A stretch of DNA of 64,000 nt from Alphaproteobacteria bacterium (GTDB lineage: Bacteria > Pseudomonadota > Alphaproteobacteria > Rhizobiales > TMED25): positions 209,542-273,541 of the forward strand of contig JBJLFO010000001.1 of assembly GCA_045565315.1 (NCBI GenBank). The letters run 5' to 3'. Shown one piece after another: positions 13,201-24,548 of this stretch (its first letter is position 1; every line of letters begins with the position of its first letter). The notes under the pieces are model-generated. The model saw only the letters and a program-made list of their open reading frames with translations, was not told the DNA's origin and made no database searches. A program made the translations under genes and the position numbers.

Positions 13201-14536
13201 CAACTAATGTAGGTTCAAATGCTTGAATTCCAAGCCTGTGAAGAGTGGGAGCTCTATTTAATAGGACTGGATGCTCTCTTATTACTTCATCAAGTATATC
13301 CCATACTTCAGGTCTTTCTTTTTCAACTAGTCTTTTAGCTTGCTTAACTGTAGTTGAAAGTCCTTTAGCTTCCAATTTTGAGTAAATAAAGGGCTTAAAT
13401 AATTCAAGCGCCATTCTTTTTGGAAGACCGCATTGATGTAATTTGAGTGTTGGACCAGTAACAATAACTGATCTTCCTGAATAATCAACTCTTTTACCGA
13501 GCAGATTTTGCCTAAATCTTCCTTGTTTACCCTTTAACATATCCGCTAGAGATTTTAACGGTCTTTTGTTTGCTCCTGTAATTATTCTTCCACGCCTACC
13601 ATTATCAAATAATGCATCAACTGACTCCTGAAGCATTCTTTTCTCATTTCTTATAATAATCTCGGGAGCTTTTAACTCTATTAAACGCTTCAAGCGATTA
13701 TTTCTATTTATAACCCTTCTGTAGAGGTCATTCAAATCTGATGTTGCAAACCTACCTCCATCAAGAGGTACAAGCGGTCTTAGTTCAGGTGGGATAACAG
13801 GGACGATTGTCATGATCATCCATTCTGGTTTATTTCCTGAGTTTAAAAAAGCTTCTACAACTTTTAATCTTTTTGCAAGTTTGATCGGCTTCAATTCTGA
13901 CGTAGATTCGTCTATTTCAACTCTCAGGCTTTCTGCAAGCTTTTCTAAATCGATATTAGTTAATAAATCACGAATCGCTTCAGCTCCAATCCCAACTGTG
14001 AAAGCATCATCACCATACTCATCTTTGTATTGTAATACTTCATCTTCTGTAAGTAATTGAAGTTCTTTCAATGGTGAGAGGCCAGGTTCTATGACAATAA
14101 AATTTTCAAAATATAAAACCCTTTCCAAATCTTTTAGTTTCATATCTAAAAGAAGCCCAATTCTTGAGGGAAGAGATTTAAGAAACCAGATATGAGCAAC
14201 TGGAGCTGCCAGTTCAATATGTCCCATTCTGTCTCGTCTAACTTTTGAAAGCGTTACTTCAACCCCACATTTTTCACATATGACACCTCTATATTTCATG
14301 CGCTTATACTTACCGCAGAGGCATTCATAATCCTTTATTGGACCAAAAATTCTTGAGCAGAAAAGACCGTCTCTCTCAGGTTTGAATGTTCTGTAATTTA
14401 TTGTTTCTGGTTTTTTTATTTCTCCAAATGACCAAGAGGAGATTTTTTCAGGTGAGGCAATGGTTATCTTGATCGAGTCAAAAATTTGTGACTGAGAAAA
14501 ATTTGGGTTAAATACATTTGTTAAATCTTGATTCAT
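10283..14536 (-). CDS. rpoC: DNA-directed RNA polymerase subunit beta'
   Basis: Track ORF of 1417 aa with the catalytic [12 protein letters not shown] motif. Follows rpoB. Confidence 0.99.
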   Translation of the reverse strand: MNQDLTNVFNPNFSQSQIFDSIKITIASPEKISSWSFGEIKKPETINYRTFKPERDGLFCSRIFGPIKDYECLCGKYKRMKYRGVICEKCGVEVTLSKVRRDRMGHIELAAPVAHIWFLKSLPSRIGLLLDMKLKDLERVLYFENFIVIEPGLSPLKELQLLTEDEVLQYKDEYGDDAFTVGIGAEAIRDLLTNIDLEKLAESLRVEIDESTSELKPIKLAKRLKVVEAFLNSGNKPEWMIMTIVPVIPPELRPLVPLDGGRFATSDLNDLYRRVINRNNRLKRLIELKAPEIIIRNEKRMLQESVDALFDNGRRGRIITGANKRPLKSLADMLKGKQGRFRQNLLGKRVDYSGRSVIVTGPTLKLHQCGLPKRMALELFKPFIYSKLEAKGLSTTVKQAKRLVEKERPEVWDILDEVIREHPVLLNRAPTLHRLGIQAFEPTLVEGKAIHLHPLVCSAFNADFDGDQMAVHVPLSLEAQLEARVLMMSTNNILHPADGSPIIVPSQDMVLGLYYLSLVKENEPGEGMIFGNMNEIHYALEARTITLHSKIKGRFVTKDEDGNIIKEIHETTPGRLLIGELLPKYHNIKYSLCNKVMTKKDISKMINEVYRHSGQKDTVIFCDKIMALGFHHGCRAGISFGKDDMVIPETKINFIDETNLLVKEYENQYNDGLITQGEKYNKVVDAWAKCTDKVADEMMSKIQIIEVDETSKKQKDQNSIYMMAHSGARGSPAQMKQLAGMRGLMAKPSGEIIETPITSNFKEGLSVLEYFNSTHGARKGLADTALKTANSGYLTRRLVDVAQDCIILERDCGTSNGITIRTVMDGGEVIVPIGQRLLGRFLAEDIIDPVSGKTLFDKSNMIDESLAREIEEKNLDAVKVRSVLTCDSKIGTCGKCYGRDLARGTPVNVGEAVGVLAAQSIGEPGTQLTMRTFHIGGTAQVVDQSFIESSHDGKVSIQNPSMATDSNKKIVVTGRSLVILISDENGIEKSQNKVPYGAQLFCKEGDVIKRGQRLASWDPYTRPILADVAGKVDFGDLVDGISIDERLDESTGISQRVVIDWRGSSRGNDLQPSVILSSAGLKPKTKNEEQSDNRRYSLPVNAILSVEKDIEVSAGDVLARVPTDSAKTKDITGGLPRVAELFEARRPKDHAIIAEVTGVVEFGTDFKNKRKIRIIPADENEQLAEYMVPKNVHLEVQDGDTIEKGEFILDGNPAPHDILAIKGVEELASYLTTEIQDVYRLQGVTINDKHIEVIVSQMLKKVEVVDPGNSSLLPGEQLDKIDVLELNGQLQDAGKKLIVARPILLGITKAALQTRSFISAASFQETTRVLTEASMNGKSDLLQGLKENVIVGRLIPAGTGSAISKLRQVSVHRDHLILQEKEKAEQLLKDNTPDEIAPEVIEDDPGAVIVEDATLEK

Positions 14537-14544
14537 ATTAATTC

Positions 14545-17500
14545 CTATTCATTACTCATATCTGTTAGGCTGGTAGCAGTTGTATCCGCAGGGAGGTCTG
14601 ATGATTTCAGCTCTATATTAAGTCCAAGCGATCTGATTTCTTTTACCAAAACGTTGAAAGACTCAGGAATACCTGCTTCAAAAGCATCATCGCCTCTAAC
14701 AATTGCTTCATATACTTTTGTTCTTCCGGCTACATCATCAGATTTGACTGTTAACATCTCTTGTAATGTATATGCAGCACCGTATGCTTCTAGTGCCCAA
14801 ACTTCCATCTCACCAAACCTCTGCCCACCAAATTGTGCCTTTCCACCGAGAGGCTGTTGGGTAACTAAACTATATGGACCTATAGATCTTGCATGAATTT
14901 TATCGTCAACAAGATGGTGCAATTTAAGTATATACTTATACCCCACTGTTACTTTTCTATCGAACGGCTCACCAGTCCTTCCATCGAAGAGTTGGACTTG
15001 CCCAGATTTATCAAGACCTGCCTTCTCAAGTAAATCATTAATATCAGGCTCTCTGGCTCCATCAAAAACAGGGGTTGCTATTGCAACACCTTTTCTTAAA
15101 TTTGAAGCAAGTTCGATAAGGTTTTCCTTGTTTAGAGAGTCTAGGGTATCATTTTTTCCATAAATATCCTGAAGTGTTTTTCTTAATTCTTTTTCATCAT
15201 TATCATTTTCTTTGATTAGATCGATTGAGTCACCGATGAGTTTGCCTAATCCCCTGCAAGCCCAACCTAAATGCGTTTCCAAAATTTGTCCAACATTCAT
15301 TCTACTCGGAACACCTAATGGGTTTAATACCACATCAACCGGCGAACCGTCTTCAAGATATGGCATATCTTCTTGAGGCATAATCCTAGATACAACCCCC
15401 TTATTACCATGTCTTCCTGCCATTTTATCGCCAGGTTGAAGCTTCCTTTTGACAGCAACAAAAACTTTGATCATCTTCATTACACCCGGAAGCATGTCAT
15501 CGCCACGCTGGAGTTTATCAACTTTATCAACGAAGCGATTCTCAATTAGTTCCTTTGAAGCATCATATTGTAATTTCATTGCTTCTATCTCTGCCATTTT
15601 TTTATCATCAGAAAGTACAAAATTCCACCAGTCTTTTTTATCAACTTTATCAATATTTTCAGATGTAATTTTTGTACCTTTCTTTAAACCAGAAGATAAT
15701 TTTGCAATATCACATCCTAACATTGTACCGCGAAGCTTAGCCATAACATTTCTATCAAGGATATTAAACTCATCATCTCTATCCTTTGATAACCTTACAA
15801 TTTCATCTCTTTCAATTGCTAAAGCTCTTTCATCTTTCTCGATACCATGCCTGTTAAAAACTCTAACTTCGACAACAGTTCCTGTAACACCAGGAGGAAG
15901 ACGGAGTGAAGTATCCCTTACATCAGTTGCTTTTTCACCAAATATTGCTCTTAGTAGCTTTTCTTCTGGTGTCATTGGACTTTCACCTTTTGGAGTTATT
16001 TTACCAACAAGAATGTCACCAGATTTAACTTCAGCACCGATATAAACTATACCTGCTTCATCTAAATTCTTAAGAGCTTCTTCACCAACATTTGGTATAT
16101 CTCTTGTAATATCTTCAGGACCAAGTTTTGTATCTCTCGCCATTACTTCAAATTCCTCAAGATGAATAGAAGTAAATGTGTCTTCCCTAACTACTCTTTC
16201 TGATATTAAAATAGAGTCCTCATAATTGTAACCATTCCATGGCATGTATGCTACTAAAACATTTTTTCCGAGCGCCAAATCACCTAAATCTGTAGATGGA
16301 CCGTCAGCAATGATATCACCAGCAATTACTGTTTCACCCATTTTCACAAGAGGTCTCTGGTTAATACACGTATTTTGATTAGATCTTTGAAACTTTGCAA
16401 GATTATAAATATCAACGGCAGACTTTGAAGCATCCTTCTCATCAGTTGCTCTTATAACTATACGGTTCGAATCAACCTGATCAATAATTCCTGACCTTCG
16501 TGCTGTAACAGCGGCCCCCGAGTCTCTTGCAACAACTGCTTCCATTCCAGTTCCCACAAAAGGTGCCTCAGTTTTCATGAGGGGAACAGCTTGTCTTTGC
16601 ATGTTTGACCCCATTAGGGCTCGGTTAGCATCATCATTTTCCAGGAAGGGTATTAAAGCAGCAGCAGCTGATACCAATTGCTTTGGTGATACATCCATGA
16701 AATCAACTTTATCAGAAGGAACTAATTGGACATCACCAGCAACTCGGCAGTTAATCAACTCTTCTGTAAATTTTGACTTTTGATCTAATACTGCATTTGC
16801 TTGAGCAATATTATATTTAGTTTCCTCAATCGCTGATAAGTATATAACCTCATCTGTAACTTTATTATTTACAACTTTTCTATAAGGACTTTCAATAAAT
16901 CCATATTTATTTACCCTTGCAAATGTTGCTAGTGAGTTTATTAGACCAATATTTGGACCCTCTGGTGTTTCTATTGGACATATTCGTCCATAATGAGTTG
17001 GATGAACATCTCTCACTTCAAATCCAGCCCTCTCTCTTGTTAATCCGCCAGGACCAAGTGCTGAAACACGCCTTATGTGAGTGATTAGTGACAATGGATT
17101 TGTCTGGTCCATAAATTGTGATAGCTGGGAAGAGCCAAAAAACTCCCTTAAAGCAGCTGTGATCGGCTTAGCGTTAATTAAATCATTAGGCATCACTGTG
17201 TCAATATCTACTGAACTAAGTCTCTCCCGAATAGCTCTTTCCATTCTCAGTAGACCTATTCGATATTGATTTTCAACCAATTCACCAACGGATCTTACTC
17301 GCCTATTACCTAAGTGATCAATATCATCAACTTCACCTTTTCCATCTCTTAACTCAACAAGGTGTTTGACAACTGCAAGAATATCCTCTTTCCTCAAGAC
17401 GCAGTGATCATCAGCTGCCTCAAGTTCAAGTCTCATATTTAATTTTACTCTACCAACGGCCGATAAATCATATCGGTCAGGATCAAAGAACAAACTATCA

Positions 17501-18678
17501 AAGAGGCCACCTGCTGTTTCATCGGTTGGTGGTTCTCCTGGCCTCATTAACCTATAAATATCTAGCAATGCCTGCTGCTTATTTTCATTTTTATCTACTT
17601 TTAGTGTATCCCTTATGAAGGCTCCCGTATTTACGTGATCAATATCAAGGATATTTATTTTTGTAATCTTATTTTGATCCAATAATGCGAGTAATGTAGT
17701 TGTTACCTCGTCACCAGCTTCTGCGTATATGATTCCGCTTTTCATATTGACTATATCTTCAGCTACGTATAAACCAATTATGCTTTCTTCGGAATACAGC
17801 ACTTTCTTGAGCCCTGCTTCTTTTACTTTTTTTATCAAACGCGGAGTTACTTTTGTACCCGAGTCTATAGCAACCTCTCCTGTTTCTGCGTTTATCAAAT
17901 CAGTATTCAGTTTAATGCCTTTAAATTGCTCTTCTTTGAATTCACAAACCCACCCAGATTTATTTTTTTCAATAAAATATGAGTCATAAAAATGAGCTAA
18001 TATTTCTTCTGCATCATATCCAAGTGCATATAAGATTGTGGATACGGGAATTTTCCTTTTTCTATCTATACGTGCATAAACTAAATCCTTAGCGTCAAAT
18101 TCAAAATCAAGCCACGAACCCCTATATGGAATAATTCTTGCAGCATATAATATTTTTCCACTAGAATGTGATTTTCCTTTATCGTGATCAAAAAATACGC
18201 CTGGACTTCGATGCATTTGACTGACAACAACTCTTTCAGTTCCATTGAAAATAAATGTACCATTGTCAGTCATCAACGGTATATCGCCCATGTAAACTTC
18301 TTGTTCTTTTATATCTTTAATTGATTTTGCTTCTGTTTCTTCATCGACATCAAATACAATAAGCCTCAATGTCCCGCGAAGAGGGGCTGCGTAGGTTAAA
18401 CCTCGCTGCTGACATTCATCTACATCATATTTAGGTGGGTCAAAGTCATATTTTACAAATTCAAGTATAGAAGTTTCATTGAAATCTTTTATTGGAAATA
18501 CAGATGAAAACACAGATTGTAAACCCGTGTTATCTCTTCCTGCATCTGGCTCATGAGCCTGCAAAAAGTAATCATAGGATGATTTTTGTACTTCAATTAG
18601 ATTTGGCATCTCCGCTACTTCACGAATTTTACCAAATGATTTTCTTATTCTTTTTCGTCCAATAAGTGTTTCAGACAT
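14545..18678 (-). CDS. rpoB: DNA-directed RNA polymerase subunit beta
   Basis: Track ORF 14545..18729 trimmed to the ATG at 18678 ([18 protein letters not shown]..., the typical RpoB start). About 1377 aa. Confidence 0.98.
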   Translation of the reverse strand: MSETLIGRKRIRKSFGKIREVAEMPNLIEVQKSSYDYFLQAHEPDAGRDNTGLQSVFSSVFPIKDFNETSILEFVKYDFDPPKYDVDECQQRGLTYAAPLRGTLRLIVFDVDEETEAKSIKDIKEQEVYMGDIPLMTDNGTFIFNGTERVVVSQMHRSPGVFFDHDKGKSHSSGKILYAARIIPYRGSWLDFEFDAKDLVYARIDRKRKIPVSTILYALGYDAEEILAHFYDSYFIEKNKSGWVCEFKEEQFKGIKLNTDLINAETGEVAIDSGTKVTPRLIKKVKEAGLKKVLYSEESIIGLYVAEDIVNMKSGIIYAEAGDEVTTTLLALLDQNKITKINILDIDHVNTGAFIRDTLKVDKNENKQQALLDIYRLMRPGEPPTDETAGGLFDSLFFDPDRYDLSAVGRVKLNMRLELEAADDHCVLRKEDILAVVKHLVELRDGKGEVDDIDHLGNRRVRSVGELVENQYRIGLLRMERAIRERLSSVDIDTVMPNDLINAKPITAALREFFGSSQLSQFMDQTNPLSLITHIRRVSALGPGGLTRERAGFEVRDVHPTHYGRICPIETPEGPNIGLINSLATFARVNKYGFIESPYRKVVNNKVTDEVIYLSAIEETKYNIAQANAVLDQKSKFTEELINCRVAGDVQLVPSDKVDFMDVSPKQLVSAAAALIPFLENDDANRALMGSNMQRQAVPLMKTEAPFVGTGMEAVVARDSGAAVTARRSGIIDQVDSNRIVIRATDEKDASKSAVDIYNLAKFQRSNQNTCINQRPLVKMGETVIAGDIIADGPSTDLGDLALGKNVLVAYMPWNGYNYEDSILISERVVREDTFTSIHLEEFEVMARDTKLGPEDITRDIPNVGEEALKNLDEAGIVYIGAEVKSGDILVGKITPKGESPMTPEEKLLRAIFGEKATDVRDTSLRLPPGVTGTVVEVRVFNRHGIEKDERALAIERDEIVRLSKDRDDEFNILDRNVMAKLRGTMLGCDIAKLSSGLKKGTKITSENIDKVDKKDWWNFVLSDDKKMAEIEAMKLQYDASKELIENRFVDKVDKLQRGDDMLPGVMKMIKVFVAVKRKLQPGDKMAGRHGNKGVVSRIMPQEDMPYLEDGSPVDVVLNPLGVPSRMNVGQILETHLGWACRGLGKLIGDSIDLIKENDNDEKELRKTLQDIYGKNDTLDSLNKENLIELASNLRKGVAIATPVFDGAREPDINDLLEKAGLDKSGQVQLFDGRTGEPFDRKVTVGYKYILKLHHLVDDKIHARSIGPYSLVTQQPLGGKAQFGGQRFGEMEVWALEAYGAAYTLQEMLTVKSDDVAGRTKVYEAIVRGDDAFEAGIPESFNVLVKEIRSLGLNIELKSSDLPADTTATSLTDMSNE

Positions 18679-18748
18679 GCCATGTTCCCGTTTAAAAGTT
18701 AAAAGTAGTTTCGTTTGATATACAGACAAATGCTGTAAGGTTTATCTA

Positions 18749-19132
18749 CTATTTAACTTCAGCGGTAGCACCGGCTCCTTCCAATTGAGCTTTGATCTTA
18801 TCTGCTTCATCTTTTGATACACCTTCTTTTACAGGTTTTGGAGCTGCTTCGACAAGATCTTTAGCTTCTTTTAAGCCTAATCCAGTAATTGCTCTTACCT
18901 CTTTAATAACATTAATCTTCTGGTCTCCCATGCTTGCTAGGACGACATCAAATTCAGTTTTTTCTTCCGCGGCGGCTGAACCTCCAGCGTCGCCACCAGC
19001 TGGTGCGGCTGCAACAGCAACTTGAGCTGCTGCTGAAACACCCCATTTTTCTTCAAGAATCTTTGTTAATTCAGATGCTTCAAGTATTGTTAAATTTGAT
19101 AAACTCTCTGCAATTTTATCTAAGTCTGCCAT
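18749..19132 (-). CDS. rplL: 50S ribosomal protein L7/L12
   Basis: Track ORF with an Ala-rich hinge and a C-terminal ...[10 protein letters not shown]...KAQLEGAGA domain. Confidence 0.97.
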   Translation of the reverse strand: MADLDKIAESLSNLTILEASELTKILEEKWGVSAAAQVAVAAAPAGGDAGGSAAAEEKTEFDVVLASMGDQKINVIKEVRAITGLGLKEAKDLVEAAPKPVKEGVSKDEADKIKAQLEGAGATAEVK

Positions 19133-19173
19133 TTTATTTTGTCCTTAAATCTATTTCGTTAGTTAATAAAAAA

Positions 19174-19692
19174 TTAAGCTGCTTCACTTTTATCTGAATA
19201 AGCTTTTACAACTTGGGCTATGTTACTACTTGGTTTATTTAGTAAACTAGCTACGTTTCCAGCAGGAGACATTATTAATCCAAGAATTTTGGATCTTAAT
19301 TCATCCAATGATGGTAAGCTAGCTAACTGTTTTACGTCTCCAAGGTCGATCTTCTTTTCGGGCAGAGCTCCACCTAGCACAACAAAGTTTTCGTTTTCTT
19401 TAGCAAACTTTATAGCTATTTTAGGTGCAGTTACAGGATCATCCGAATACACAATCATTGATGGTCCACTCAAGAATTCATCAATACTTGCTAATGGTGT
19501 TCCTTCAAGAGCTATTTTGGTTAATTTATTTTTTACAACCTTTACATGCCCCCCCGCTTCACGCATTTCACTGCGTAGATCGTTCATTGCTGATACGGTA
19601 AGACCAGTATTTTGAGCAACAACTACAACAGATGAGTTGCTAAACACACCTTTTAAGTTTGCTACAAAATTTTGCTTTCCTTGTCTATCCAC
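19174..19692 (-). CDS. rplJ: 50S ribosomal protein L10
   Basis: Track ORF of 172 aa with L10-like sequence. Lies directly upstream of rplL. Confidence 0.93.
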   Translation of the reverse strand: MDRQGKQNFVANLKGVFSNSSVVVVAQNTGLTVSAMNDLRSEMREAGGHVKVVKNKLTKIALEGTPLASIDEFLSGPSMIVYSDDPVTAPKIAIKFAKENENFVVLGGALPEKKIDLGDVKQLASLPSLDELRSKILGLIMSPAGNVASLLNKPSSNIAQVVKAYSDKSEAA

Positions 19693-19923
19693 AGCTCTCT
19701 CCTTCTACAGTTTCCATTTGAGCTTAACTCCAATGTTACCTGCCCTTTAGTAATTTTACTAACTGCGTCGGAATTCAAAAAAAAATTTTGAATTAACCCG
19801 AATGTCTCATATAGGAAATTAAGCTTTCGCACCTATAATCTTGGACAGGTCAAGCATAAGTATGATATGTTTATGCTTTTTAGACCTAAATGTAAAGTCT
19901 AATTATTTTATTTTTTTTGTTAC
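19693..19923 (-). promoter_or_regulatory. rplJ (L10) leader / rplKA-rplJL intergenic region (candidate autoregulatory leader)
   Basis: A 231-nt untranslated gap between rplA and rplJ in an otherwise tightly packed block. It contains hairpin-capable segments, e.g. AGCATAA-N11-TTATGCT flanked by AGGTC/GACCT on the mRNA strand. Assigned by analogy to L10(L12)4-regulated leaders; no covariance model was run. Confidence 0.4.
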
Positions 19924-20619
19924 TCAATTAATAACGGAATCTGGATCAACTTTCACTCCAGCTCCCATTGTAGATGTTAGTGTTACCCCTTTGATGTAGG
20001 ACCCCTTTGCCCCTGATGGTTTAGCTGATAAAATTGCATCCCATATTGCTTTTATATTATTTTTGATAGCCCCATTTGTGAAATCAGCTTTGCCTATACC
20101 AGCATGAATTATTCCAGCCTTCTCAACTCTATATTCGACCGAACCACCTTTTATATTTTTAATAGCTGTTTCAACATCATCAGTAACGGTTCCGAGTTTT
20201 GGATTTGGCATTAAACCTCTTGGCCCTAATATTTTTCCAAGTTGCCCGACTACTGCCATCATATCTGGCGTTGATATAACTCTATCGAATTCAAATTTAC
20301 CAGTTTTTACAGTCTCCGCTAGATCATCATCTCCTACTATATCCGCCCCAGCATCTTTTGCCTCTTTTGCTTTAACATCCCGCGCAAACACTGCAACTCT
20401 TACTTCTTTTCCTGTACCCTCAGGTAACTTAACGACGCCCCTCACCATTTGATCAGCTTGTTTAGGGTCAACCCCTAAATTGAAAACAATTTCAATGGTC
20501 TCATTAAATTTCGCCTTCGCATTATTTTTAACTAATTTAATCGCCTCATCAATCTCATATATTTTTAGAGAATCTACACTTTCGGATATTTCTTTAAATC
20601 TTTTTCCTAATTTTACCAT
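19924..20619 (-). CDS. rplA: 50S ribosomal protein L1
   Basis: Track ORF of 231 aa with L1-like sequence. Follows rplK. Confidence 0.95.
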   Translation of the reverse strand: MVKLGKRFKEISESVDSLKIYEIDEAIKLVKNNAKAKFNETIEIVFNLGVDPKQADQMVRGVVKLPEGTGKEVRVAVFARDVKAKEAKDAGADIVGDDDLAETVKTGKFEFDRVISTPDMMAVVGQLGKILGPRGLMPNPKLGTVTDDVETAIKNIKGGSVEYRVEKAGIIHAGIGKADFTNGAIKNNIKAIWDAILSAKPSGAKGSYIKGVTLTSTMGAGVKVDPDSVIN

Positions 20620-20629
20620 TTTATTATCC

Positions 20630-21058
20630 TCAATCCTTTACTTCCAAGCCCATTGAACGGGCTGAACCTTCTATAATTTTTGAAGCTTGTTCAATAGTAT
20701 TTGCATTCAAGTCTTTCATTTTTTGTTCAGCGATTTCAATAATTTGATTCTTTGTAACCTGTCCTGCAATTTCTCTCCCTGGGGTTGAGCCTCCTTTTGG
20801 CAAATTGGCCGCTTTTCGCAAAAGAAATGACGCTGGTGGTGTTTTTGTTGTAAAAGAAAATGACTTGTCTGCGTATATGGTAATCAGAGTAGGTATTGGC
20901 ATTTCGGGTTCAAAATCTTGTGTTGCCGCATTAAATGCTTTACAGAATTCCATAATATTCAGGCCTCTTTGACCTAGTGCAGGCCCGATTGGTGGAGCTG
21001 GAGCTGCTTTCCCTGCTGGTACTTGAAGTTTTAAATAACCACTAATTTTCTTTGCCAT
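20630..21058 (-). CDS. rplK: 50S ribosomal protein L11
   Basis: Track [25 protein letters not shown] is the L11 signature. Confidence 0.97.
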   Translation of the reverse strand: MAKKISGYLKLQVPAGKAAPAPPIGPALGQRGLNIMEFCKAFNAATQDFEPEMPIPTLITIYADKSFSFTTKTPPASFLLRKAANLPKGGSTPGREIAGQVTKNQIIEIAEQKMKDLNANTIEQASKIIEGSARSMGLEVKD

Positions 21059-21119
21059 TTTCTATTCCTATATTTCAATAAAATTACACATTACATAGAT
21101 TAAGTGTAAAATCAATTTA

Positions 21120-21650
21120 TTATAATTTTTCAACCTGATTATACTCTAACTCAACTGGTGTTGGTCGACCAAAAATTGATACTGCTACTTTTAGTCTAGA
21201 TCTTTCAACATCAACCTCTTCTACCATTCCACTAAAAGATGCGAAAGGTCCATCTGCGACTCTTACTTGTTCACCAATTTCAAAAGTCATAGATGAAATT
21301 GGACCATCAACACCCTCTTCAACTTGTGTCATTATTCTTGAAACTTCGTCTTTGGTGATTGGGATTGGCCTACTTTGAGAGCCTAGAAACCCTGTGACCT
21401 TGTTTGTTTTTTTTACCAAATGATATGACTCGTCATTCATTTCCATTTTAACGAGCACATATCCTGGAAAAAATTTTCTCTCTGATTGTACTTTGCGTCC
21501 TTTCCGAACTTGAACAACGTCTTCAGTAGGGACTAATATTTCGCTAAAATGATCCTCTATACCATGCAATATGGCTTGCTCTTTGATAGATGCTGCGACT
21601 TGTTTTTCAAAGTTAGAGTATGCATGTACAATATACCAATTATGCGACAT
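21120..21650 (-). CDS. nusG: Transcription termination/antitermination factor NusG
   Basis: Track ORF. NGN N-terminus (WYIVHAYSNFE) plus a C-terminal KOW domain. Typical secE-nusG-rplK order. Confidence 0.95.
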   Translation of the reverse strand: MSHNWYIVHAYSNFEKQVAASIKEQAILHGIEDHFSEILVPTEDVVQVRKGRKVQSERKFFPGYVLVKMEMNDESYHLVKKTNKVTGFLGSQSRPIPITKDEVSRIMTQVEEGVDGPISSMTFEIGEQVRVADGPFASFSGMVEEVDVERSRLKVAVSIFGRPTPVELEYNQVEKL

Positions 21651-21655
21651 AAATT

Positions 21656-21844
21656 TTAGCCCCCAATACCTAAAATTAAAGCAACAATCCAGCTTAAAAT
21701 TCTATCTGATATTAAGAAGAAGATTGCAGCCACAAAAACAAAGATAAGTACCATAAGAGATGTAACTGTTGTTTCACGTCTCGTTGGCCATGTCACCTTT
21801 GTGATCTCAGACTTTATTTCTTGTAAATATCTAATAGGTTTCAT
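21656..21844 (-). CDS. secE: Preprotein translocase subunit SecE
   Basis: Track ORF of 62 aa with a single C-terminal TM helix and the KVTWPTRRET motif. Lies upstream of nusG. Confidence 0.9.
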   Translation of the reverse strand: MKPIRYLQEIKSEITKVTWPTRRETTVTSLMVLIFVFVAAIFFLISDRILSWIVALILGIGG

Positions 21845-21889
21845 TTTATAATAGAACTCTTTTTAAAATTACTTATTCATGCATCTTTC

Positions 21890-21965
21890 TGGCAGGAGTG
21901 GAGGGAGTCGAACCCCCAACCTTCGGTTTTGGAGACCGACGCTCTGCCAGTTGAGCTACACTCCT
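21890..21965 (-). tRNA. tRNA-Trp (anticodon CCA)
   Basis: Hand-folded cloverleaf: AGGAGTG/CACTCCT acceptor, anticodon loop CTCCAAA, T-arm GGGGG-TTCGACT-CCCTC, encoded CCA. Confidence 0.93.
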
Positions 21966-22002
21966 GTATAATTTAGATGGCTGGAGTGCCAGTCTTTATT
22001 CC

Positions 22003-23193
22003 CTATTTAGTTATTTTCGATACAACACCTGCACCGACGGTTCTTCCACCTTCTCGAATAGCAAATCTTAAATTTTCTTCCATTCCGATTGGGTTAATTA
22101 GTTCGACATCCATTTCTATGTTATCTCCAGGCATTACCATTTCAGTACCTTCTGGAAGATTTACAATTCCTGTCACATCTGTTGTACGGAAATAGAACTG
22201 AGGTCTATAATTTTTAAAGAATGGTGTATGCCTTCCACCCTCATCTTTTGTAAGAATATATGCATTTGCTTTAAATTTTGCGTGTGGAGTAATCGATCCT
22301 GGCTTAGCAAGGACTTGACCTCTTTCAACTTCTTCTCTTTTTGTACCTCTCAGTAAAACGCCAACATTATCGCCGGCTTCACCTTGGTCTAGAAGCTTTC
22401 TAAACATCTCAACTCCTGTACAGGTTGTTTTTGTAGTATCTTTGATACCAACAATTTCTATTTCTTCACCTACATTTATAATCCCACGCTCAACTCTTCC
22501 TGTAACAACTGTACCTCTTCCAGAGATTGAAAATACATCTTCAATTGGCATTAGGAATGGCTGATCTTTTGGTCTGTCAGGCTGAGGTATGTATGAGTCT
22601 ACCGCTGCCATCAGCTCCATTATAGAATTCTTTCCAATTTCATCATTTTTTGATTCTAAGGCTGCAAGTGCTGAGCCCTTTATGATAGGAATATCATCAC
22701 CAGGGAATTCATAAGAACTCAAAAGTTCTCTTACTTCCATTTCAACCAAATCTAGTAATTCGTCGTCATCCACTTGATCAACTTTGTTTAAATAGACTAC
22801 AAGCGCTGGAACACCAACTTGTCTTGCCAGCAGAATGTGCTCTCGAGTTTGTGGCATTGGACCATCTGCAGCATTAACAACCAATATGGCTCCATCCATT
22901 TGTGCAGCACCAGTTATCATATTTTTGACATAGTCAGCATGACCGGGACAGTCTACGTGTGCATAGTGACGAGCATCTGTGGTGTATTCTACATGGGCAG
23001 TTGATATTGTAATGCCCCTTGCTTTTTCCTCTGGGGCTTTATCAATTGCATCATAGGCAGAGAATTCTGCTCCACCGGATTCTGATAATACTTTTGTAAT
23101 TGCAGCCGTTAATGTTGTTTTCCCATGATCAACGTGACCAATTGTTCCAATATTACAATGTGGTTTACTGCGATCAAACTTTTCTTTAGCCAT
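22003..23193 (-). CDS. tuf: Elongation factor Tu
   Basis: Track ORF of 396 aa. [15 protein letters not shown] and DCPGHADY motifs. Confidence 0.99.
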   Translation of the reverse strand: MAKEKFDRSKPHCNIGTIGHVDHGKTTLTAAITKVLSESGGAEFSAYDAIDKAPEEKARGITISTAHVEYTTDARHYAHVDCPGHADYVKNMITGAAQMDGAILVVNAADGPMPQTREHILLARQVGVPALVVYLNKVDQVDDDELLDLVEMEVRELLSSYEFPGDDIPIIKGSALAALESKNDEIGKNSIMELMAAVDSYIPQPDRPKDQPFLMPIEDVFSISGRGTVVTGRVERGIINVGEEIEIVGIKDTTKTTCTGVEMFRKLLDQGEAGDNVGVLLRGTKREEVERGQVLAKPGSITPHAKFKANAYILTKDEGGRHTPFFKNYRPQFYFRTTDVTGIVNLPEGTEMVMPGDNIEMDVELINPIGMEENLRFAIREGGRTVGAGVVSKITK

Positions 23194-23328
23194 GTTAGTT
23201 CCTAACCTAATAGTTTTTTAATCATTATATATATGATTTTTTGTTACAAATAATTGAATATTTACATATATAATTGAATATTTTAAAAAATCTACAAAAA
23301 AATCACATAAAGTAATTATTTTTATTAT

Positions 23329-23402
23329 TGGAGCGGGTGAAGGGAATCGAACCCTCGTCCTCAGCTTGGAAGGCTGCTGCTCTACCTTTGAGCTACACCC
23401 GC
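23329..23402 (-). tRNA. tRNA-Gly (anticodon UCC)
   Basis: Hand-folded: GCGGGTG acceptor, anticodon loop CTTCCAA, T-arm GAGGG-TTCGATT-CCCTT, encoded CCA. Confidence 0.92.
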
Positions 23403-23420
23403 ATGATCCATAAACAAAAA

Positions 23421-23505
23421 TGGTGGAGGGAGTTGGATTTGAACCAACGTAGGCTAAGCCAACGGGTTTACAGCCCGTCCCCTTTAACCACTCGGGCACC
23501 CCTCC
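23421..23505 (-). tRNA. tRNA-Tyr (anticodon GUA), long variable arm
   Basis: Hand-folded: GGAGGGG acceptor, anticodon stem-loop ACGGG-CTGTAAA-CCCGT, long variable arm, T-arm GTTGG-TTCAAAT-CCAAC, encoded CCA. Confidence 0.92.
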
Positions 23506-23605
23506 GTAAATAGTTGCCCATAAGGTGATGCAAGATCAAAACCTTAATAATTACTATACACGTTTACACCAAAGATATATAAAAATCTAGAGGTAATCAT
23601 TTCTT

Positions 23606-24331
23606 ATGACAAATTTTATAAAATTATATGGTTTTCATGCTACCATTCACGCTCTAGCCAACTCCGAAAGGAGTATTAAAAAAATATTCTTAACAGAAAA
23701 TGCAAGACAAAAAATCATTCTACTGGAAGATATCAATCTTGAAAAATTCAATTACGAAATAATAACAACAAAAGAACTATCGAGAGAACTTCCGCAAGGA
23801 GCTGTACACCAAGGAATAATGTTATTATGTGGTCCAAAAAAATTAATCACTTTTGACAGCAACATGCTAGACAATATAGAAAATATAATAATGCTAGATA
23901 ATATTTCTGACCCACGGAACATAGGTGCAATCATTAGAACAGCTGTAGCTTTTGGTTTTTCAACAATAATAACAACACATAGATTTGAGCAGCTCGACGA
24001 AGGCCTTATTGCCAAATCATCCTCTGGGGGGCTTGAATACGTAAATATAGTATCTGCTAAAAATTTATCAAATATGCTGGAAACTTTGAAGAAAAATAAT
24101 TTTTGGTTAATTGGATTTGATAGTGATGCAGCATCAAGTATAGATGATATGAATTTTGGAAAGAATGATAAATTTGTATTGATTTTCGGTGATGAAGGTA
24201 GGGGTATCCGAAACCTCACAAAAAGTAAGTGTCATGAAATCTATAAGTTAAACACAATTGGAAAGATTAAAAGTCTTAATGTATCTGTAGCAATTGGAGT
24301 CACTCTAAATAAAATTACAGAAAATTATTAA
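23606..24331 (+). CDS. SpoU/TrmH-family RNA 2'-O-methyltransferase (RlmB-like)
   Basis: Track ORF with SpoU motifs LDNISDPRNIGAIIRTA, FGDEGRGIR and LNVSVA. Confidence 0.85.
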   Translation: MTNFIKLYGFHATIHALANSERSIKKIFLTENARQKIILLEDINLEKFNYEIITTKELSRELPQGAVHQGIMLLCGPKKLITFDSNMLDNIENIIMLDNISDPRNIGAIIRTAVAFGFSTIITTHRFEQLDEGLIAKSSSGGLEYVNIVSAKNLSNMLETLKKNNFWLIGFDSDAASSIDDMNFGKNDKFVLIFGDEGRGIRNLTKSKCHEIYKLNTIGKIKSLNVSVAIGVTLNKITENY

Positions 24332-24343
24332 ACTAGACTAATT

Positions 24344-24361
24344 TTTTGAGTCCTCTCAAAA
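24344..24361 (+). terminator. Candidate weak stem-loop after the methyltransferase gene
   Basis: TTTTGAG-tcct-CTCAAAA, a 7-bp stem 13 nt after the stop. AT-rich and lacks a clean downstream U-tract. Confidence 0.3.
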
Positions 24362-24460
24362 TTGAGATAGACTTTTTATTATTAATCCGACTATTATTCA
24401 ATAATTTACTTTCAATATTTATTTTTTTGATTTAAATATTAAAATAATTTTCAACTATGT

Positions 24461-24536
24461 GCCGGCTTAGCTCAGTTGGTAGAGCGGCTGATTTGTAATC
24501 AGTAGGTCGGGAGTTCAAATCTCTCAGCCGGCACCA
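24461..24536 (+). tRNA. tRNA-Thr (anticodon UGU)
   Basis: Hand-folded: GCCGGCT/AGCCGGC acceptor, anticodon stem-loop GCTGA-TTTGTAA-TCAGT, T-arm GGGAG-TTCAAAT-CTCTC, encoded CCA. Confidence 0.93.
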
Positions 24537-24548
24537 TAAAAAATTCAA

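Noticed and set aside
15449-16045. 198-aa ORF antisense to rpoB
   Set aside because: Same reasoning: shadow ORF of a highly conserved gene with an S/I/F/L-rich translation.
23218-23513. Two track ORFs (93 aa minus strand, 61 aa plus strand) over the tuf-upstream region
   Set aside because: They are read through tRNA-Gly and tRNA-Tyr, which fold into canonical cloverleaves. The ORFs are artefacts.
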